Assembly: GCA_049970495.1 (NCBI GenBank)
Contig: JBMFMV010000031.1
Location: 1 to 20,687 of the forward strand
DNA: 20,687 nucleotides
Direction: 5' to 3'
Source: a bacterium
GTDB lineage: Bacteria > DUMJ01
This document shows, in pieces, positions 16,392 to 20,687 of the stretch. The translations under genes and the position numbers were made by a program. Position 1 is the first letter of the stretch. Each line of letters opens with the position of its first letter. The notes beneath the pieces are model-generated. The model saw only the letters and a program-made list of their open reading frames with translations, was not told the origin of the DNA and made no database searches.

Positions 16392-17228
16392 ATGAAATTG
16401 TCTATATGTCATTACAGTTTTCATAGGAGATGGAAAGAATAAAATTGGACTCTAGAGAGACTCTGTGAAGAGGCAAAATTACTAGGGGTTAATGCAGTCG
16501 ATTTTCATGCCGGGCTCATCGGTGAAATGGAAGGGGTAGTTGAGAAAGTCAAGTCAGCATTGGCAAAATCAAATATCGAACTATCGGGTTTTTCTCTATC
16601 CACAAACTTCAATCTAGAAGATAAACGGGTATATAACGAGATGATAGAGAAAACAATCAAGTGGATGAAAATAGCCTCCGAAGTAGGAGCTCCTGTATCA
16701 AGAATCTTTGGAGGGACCTTAAAGGATAGAATTAACATTGACAAAAAGGTAAAAGACGAAGCATTTAAAAGAGTAATAGATGCTCTAGGAGTTTTAGCTA
16801 AAGAGGCGGAGAAGTTAGGACTTATCTTGGCGATCGAAAACCACGGAGGACTTCCCTGTACCGCAGAAGAACAGGTATATGTTATAGAGGCAATAAATTC
16901 TAAATACCTCCGTGCTACTATTGATATAGGAAACTATATGGCTGGTGGCCAAGAAGCGGTAGATGGAACAAAAATTGTCAGTAAATACTGTGCCTATGTG
17001 CATATAAAGGACTTCAAAAGGAGACCAAACCCATCTCTACCTTGGGGCTGGAGCATCGAACCTTGCACTATAGGAGAAGGAGATGTAGATGTATTAGGAT
17101 GTCTAAAAGTTCTTAAAGATGCAGGCTATAATGGTTATGTAGCACTAGAATATGAAGGACCTGAGGATGAAAAGACTGGGGTCCCTAGAAGTCTAGAATT
17201 TATAAAAAGTGTTATAAGTAAACTGTAA
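16392..17228 (+). pseudogene. Xylose-isomerase-like TIM-barrel sugar phosphate isomerase/epimerase with an in-frame TAA at codon 17
   Basis: GGAGG-preceded ATG at 16392 gives MKLSICHYSFHRRWKE*NWTLERLCEEAKLLGVNAVDFH..., in frame with the 16527-17228 ORF (AIENHG, DIGN, VHIKD, LEYEG metal motifs). Confidence 0.75.
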
Positions 17229-17246
17229 GTAGAGGCTTAAATACTA

Positions 17247-17276
17247 AAGAGTTCGTCTTTTAGCGGGTTCTTATTT
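17247..17276 (+). terminator. Possible weak intrinsic terminator after the isomerase gene
   Basis: AAGAGTTCGT / GCGGGTTCTT stem with 4 G-U pairs, followed by AT-rich sequence. Confidence 0.35.
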
Positions 17277-17289
17277 AAATTTTTCTCTA

Positions 17290-17318
17290 TTGACGAAGCT
17301 TATCGGTAAGAATATAAT
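17290..17318 (+). promoter_or_regulatory. Sigma70 promoter of the LacI regulator gene
   Basis: TTGACG (17290-17295), 17 bp, TATAAT (17313-17318). Confidence 0.85.
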
Positions 17319-17328
17319 AAGTAGTATC

Positions 17329-17342
17329 TGTTAATGTTAACA
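17329..17342. promoter_or_regulatory. LacI-family operator (autoregulation)
   Basis: TGTTAA-TG-TTAACA pseudo-palindrome just downstream of the -10; an identical copy lies at 20535. Confidence 0.8.
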
Positions 17343-17367
17343 TGCTAAAGGAGATGCTACTTCAGAG

Positions 17368-18393
17368 ATGGCTACTATAAAGGAGGTTGCCGAGAGAGCT
17401 GGGGTCTCGGTAATGACTGTTTCTAGAGTGATAAATAATAGTAAATATGTGAGCCAGGAGACTAGAAAAAGAGTAGAGCAGGCAATGAAGGAGCTGGGTT
17501 ATGTACCAAATGCATTAGCTCATGGCTTAATTACTAAGAAAACCCATGTATTAGGCCTTATAATTTCAGATATCACTAATCCATTCTTTACAACGATAGC
17601 AAGAGGTGTAGAGGATACCGCTATAAAGAATGGCTTTAATATTATACTGTGTAATACAGATGAAGATCCGGAAAAGGAAGAAAGATATATAGAGCTCCTT
17701 CTTAGGAAGAGGGTAGATGGAATTATTCTAAGCCCATCAAACTGTAATAAAAACAATGGGATAAGTCTAATATTATCAAAGAATGTCCCACTAGTACTAA
17801 TAGACAGGTGTATAAAAGGCTTAGAGGTTGATTGTATCTACAGTGATAGTTTCAGTGGAGCCTACGAACTTACAAAATATTTAATCGGCCTTGGGCACAG
17901 TAGAATAGGTATAATTGTTGGTCCTAAAAGGATATCTACTGCGATAGAGAGGGTAAAGGGATATAGAAAGGCTTTAAATGAGGCACATATTTCCATAGAT
18001 GAATCTCTTATCAGATGGGGCGAAAAATACAGTAGAGAAGATGGTTATATTAATACTATGTCGCTTTTAAAGATGGATAATCCTCCTACTGCAATATTTG
18101 GTGGGAATAGATTAATAACAGTGGGGGTTCTTAAGGCTATCAGAGAACTAAGGTTAAAAATTCCTGAAGATATTTCAGTAGTTTCTTTTGATGAAGTAGA
18201 AGATATCTCTGTAACAACTCCATTTTTGACTGTTGTAAGTCAAAATTCATACGCTATAGGGATAATAGCTGCAGAATGGCTCTTAAAGAGAATAAAGGGA
18301 AAAGATAAACCTTTGGATCCTCCACAAAATATTGTACTACAACCTGAGCTAATAATAAGGGAATCCTGTAGGGCTTTAGAGGAGGTGAGATAG
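17368..18393 (+). CDS. LacI/GalR family transcriptional regulator
   Basis: TIKEVAERAGVSVMTVSRVIN HTH, YVPN hinge and a periplasmic-binding-fold effector domain. Confidence 0.96.
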   Translation: MATIKEVAERAGVSVMTVSRVINNSKYVSQETRKRVEQAMKELGYVPNALAHGLITKKTHVLGLIISDITNPFFTTIARGVEDTAIKNGFNIILCNTDEDPEKEERYIELLLRKRVDGIILSPSNCNKNNGISLILSKNVPLVLIDRCIKGLEVDCIYSDSFSGAYELTKYLIGLGHSRIGIIVGPKRISTAIERVKGYRKALNEAHISIDESLIRWGEKYSREDGYINTMSLLKMDNPPTAIFGGNRLITVGVLKAIRELRLKIPEDISVVSFDEVEDISVTTPFLTVVSQNSYAIGIIAAEWLLKRIKGKDKPLDPPQNIVLQPELIIRESCRALEEVR

Positions 18394-18492
18394 GAGATAT
18401 CCTTTGAATAAATCTTATAAAACTTCAGTTTACCTAGATTTTAGATTTCAAAATTAGTAAATATTAAGATTTTGTGAAGGAGGGAGCAAAAG

Positions 18493-20481
18493 ATGAAATT
18501 TTTTAAAAGTTTAGTACTATTTGTATTATGTATAACTTTAATAGTAGAAATCTTTCCTATAGCTTATGCACAGAAGAAGGTTTCTATTGGCCAATATGAA
18601 ATAGAGGAGTACGAAAAACTAACAGGCAAGAAGATAACCAGTTTTAAAGAGGCCCCTATGTTAGCAGAATTGGTAAAACAGGGGAAATTACCTCCAGTAG
18701 AGAAAAGACTCCCAGAAAAACCTCTAGTTGTTGAACCCTATGAAGAGATAGGCCAATATGGAGGGACATGGCATATAGCCGAACCAATTAACTATCATAT
18801 CTACCAACTTCGACATGAGCTTCTTTTAAGGTTTGATGACCCTTCTGCTAGAGGAGAAAAGGGTCAACCGGTAGTTCGTCCTAATTTAGCAGTAAGCTGG
18901 CAGATTTCTAAAGATGCCAAAGTTTATACAATTCAACTTAGAAAGGGGGTAAAATGGTCAGATGGTGAGGCATTTACTGTAGATGATATTGTCTTCTGGT
19001 ATGAAGATATACTTCTCAATAAGGACCTTACTCCTGTAATACCTCAGTGGTTCCAGACAAAAGATGGGGTAGGTAAAGTGGAAAAGGTAGATCAGTACAC
19101 CGTTAGATTCATATTCCGAAATCCTAACCCTATCTTTTTTGAGACTTTGTATTCTAATATTAGCGAGGCAATGGTAATGAGCCCTAAGCATTACCTAAAA
19201 CAGTTTCATCCGAAGTATGCTACAACAGATGAGCTTAACAAAATATTAAAGTCCGAAGGATTCTCTGCATGGAACCAGTTATTCTTGCAAAAAGCGGATT
19301 ATAGGGTAAATCCTGACTTACCAGTAATGGTCCCATGGCAGCTCAAGACAAAACCTGGTCAGATGGTTCAGATTATGGAAAGAAATCCATACTATTTCAA
19401 AGTAGATTCAGCTGGTAATCAGCTACCTTATATTGACCGAATAGCTCTTGAGATAGTCTCCGATGCAAATGTCGCTCTTATGAAGGCTCTCTCAGGAGGA
19501 ACTGATTGGGGATGCCACTTTATAGGAGGATTAAACGACTTTCCAGTCTTACTAGAAAATGCAGAAAAGGGTGGATACGATGTGGCAACTAGGTATACGG
19601 TAGATGGTATTACTGCAGTAGCTCTATTTATTAACCAGAATGTTAAGGATTCTAAGTTGCGCAGCCTTTTCCGTGATAAGCGATTTAGATTAGCTTTATC
19701 TCTTGCAGTCGATAGAGATGCAATAAGTAAAATCCTCTATGCTGGTCAGAGTGAAAAGAGATTACTAGTTATGCCTGAAAGCTCCCCATATTACTCTCCA
19801 GAGCAGCTCGAATCTGCATTAAAAAATGTAGAATATAACCCCAAGAAAGCTAATCAATTGTTAGATCAGATAGGTCTTACTAAGAGAGATAAGGACGGTT
19901 TTAGACTCTTCCCAGATGGAACCCCTGTTGCAGTAGTAGTAGAATATCGTCATCCACCAGGGTCTTATCAAGGTGATACCCCAGAGCTAATAGCGAAGTA
20001 TCTGAGCAATGTTGGTATTAAAGTGGCCTTAAAGTACGAGTCTGCATCTCTTCTTGCTACTAGGACATCTGCCAATGAGCATCATATAGTAGCAATTAAC
20101 ATATCTGGTCCTTGGCATCCGATACTAGACTGGAATTTCCTCCCTATTTCTATAGGAACGACATATTGGGCTCCTCTATGGTACAGATGGTCAGTATCTG
20201 GTGGTAAGGAAGGGGAGGAACCACCACCAATATTCAAGAAACTCGTAGCATTACAAAGGGCTATGTTAGAAGCTCTAGATATAAAGACAAGAAGGAAAAT
20301 AGTTACAGAAATAATCAGAACTCATAATGAAAATCTGTGGATAATACCAATAACTACATATCCAGGGGAAGCCCACATAATAAAGAAAAACTTTAGAAAT
20401 ACCCCTAGAAAAGTAACAGGATTACAGAATTTCTACCATCGTCAGCCACTATACCCTGAACAGTTCTTCATAAAGCAGTAA
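18493..20481 (+). CDS. ABC transporter substrate-binding protein, family 5 (OppA/DppA-like, probably oligosaccharide-binding)
   Basis: Signal peptide ending AYA|Q; EAPMLAELVKQGKLPPVEKRLP, YGG, LRKGVKWSDG, RNPYYFKVD.AGNQLPYID and FRLALSLAVDR. Confidence 0.92.
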   Translation: MKFFKSLVLFVLCITLIVEIFPIAYAQKKVSIGQYEIEEYEKLTGKKITSFKEAPMLAELVKQGKLPPVEKRLPEKPLVVEPYEEIGQYGGTWHIAEPINYHIYQLRHELLLRFDDPSARGEKGQPVVRPNLAVSWQISKDAKVYTIQLRKGVKWSDGEAFTVDDIVFWYEDILLNKDLTPVIPQWFQTKDGVGKVEKVDQYTVRFIFRNPNPIFFETLYSNISEAMVMSPKHYLKQFHPKYATTDELNKILKSEGFSAWNQLFLQKADYRVNPDLPVMVPWQLKTKPGQMVQIMERNPYYFKVDSAGNQLPYIDRIALEIVSDANVALMKALSGGTDWGCHFIGGLNDFPVLLENAEKGGYDVATRYTVDGITAVALFINQNVKDSKLRSLFRDKRFRLALSLAVDRDAISKILYAGQSEKRLLVMPESSPYYSPEQLESALKNVEYNPKKANQLLDQIGLTKRDKDGFRLFPDGTPVAVVVEYRHPPGSYQGDTPELIAKYLSNVGIKVALKYESASLLATRTSANEHHIVAINISGPWHPILDWNFLPISIGTTYWAPLWYRWSVSGGKEGEEPPPIFKKLVALQRAMLEALDIKTRRKIVTEIIRTHNENLWIIPITTYPGEAHIIKKNFRNTPRKVTGLQNFYHRQPLYPEQFFIKQ

Positions 20482-20502
20482 TTATAACAAGAGAGGAATT
20501 CA

Positions 20503-20532
20503 TTGACATAATGGAGTTACGTATGATATACT
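20503..20532 (+). promoter_or_regulatory. Sigma70 promoter downstream of the SBP gene
   Basis: TTGACA (20503-20508), 18 bp, TATACT (20527-20532), with an extended TG at 20524-20525. Confidence 0.75.
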
Positions 20533-20534
20533 TA

Positions 20535-20548
20535 TGTTAATGTTAACA
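20535..20548. promoter_or_regulatory. LacI-family operator, second copy
   Basis: TGTTAATGTTAACA, identical to 17329-17342, overlapping the expected transcription start. An extra half-site TGTTAAT lies at 20553-20559. Confidence 0.8.
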
Positions 20549-20687
20549 GATATGTTAATCTTTAGAGTCAAGGAGGTGATAATAAAGATTAATTGTAGAA
20601 GGATAGATGCTTATAAGTTAAGATTAGTCAAGTTACCTTAAAAGAGTTTCTTCAAAAAATACGTCCAAGGCTAAAAGTAGCAGGGTG

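Noticed and set aside
16440..16442. Selenocysteine, pyrrolysine or alternative genetic code readthrough
   Set aside because: The codon is TAA, which terminates many other genes in this window; no SECIS-like hairpin is evident.
548..19191. Short ORFs antisense to or overlapping real genes (e.g. 548-823, 2703-3197, 3251-3838, 6988-7462, 10298-10564, 10782-11868, 12352-12615, 15203-15394, 15781-16017, 16505-17003, 17520-17756, 18958-19191)
   Set aside because: These are shadow frames of well-supported genes, with no recognisable motifs.
1..20687. CRISPR arrays, tRNA, rRNA, riboswitches and IS elements
   Set aside because: Intergenic gaps are all short (about 200 bp or less), and no spaced repeats, cloverleafs or transposase motifs were seen by eye. 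An Rfam/Infernal scan would be needed to exclude small RNAs.

Overview
AT-rich bacterial chromosomal segment, densely coding, dominated by carbohydrate and redox metabolism. No rRNA, tRNA, CRISPR array or mobile element was recognised. From left to right: (1) the end of a Gfo/Idh/MocA oxidoreductase, a DegT-family aminotransferase and a ceramidase-like metallohydrolase; (2) a YfhL/Alvin-type 2[4Fe-4S] ferredoxin; (3) a minus-strand block of YjbQ, gluconokinase, URO-D-like protein, RmuC, PspC, a geranylgeranyl-reductase-like flavoprotein, ECF sigma, zinc anti-sigma and a RseB/MucB-like protein; (4) a divergent operon of D-2-hydroxyacid dehydrogenase, LarA-family (GntE-like) epimerase, DJ-1/PfpI and a membrane protein; (5) GDPD and DUF2103; (6) a Gfo/Idh/MocA oxidoreductase plus a TIM-barrel sugar isomerase carrying an in-frame TAA; (7) a LacI regulator and a family-5 ABC solute-binding protein, bracketed by two identical LacI-type operators. 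The most striking non-coding feature is the leader of the ECF sigma gene. A perfect 16-bp inverted repeat covers its RBS and start codon, an extended -10 promoter lies inside the loop, and an ECF-type promoter lies upstream. This suggests promoter-dependent translational silencing of the sigma factor. All protein family calls come from motif recognition by eye, not from database searches.
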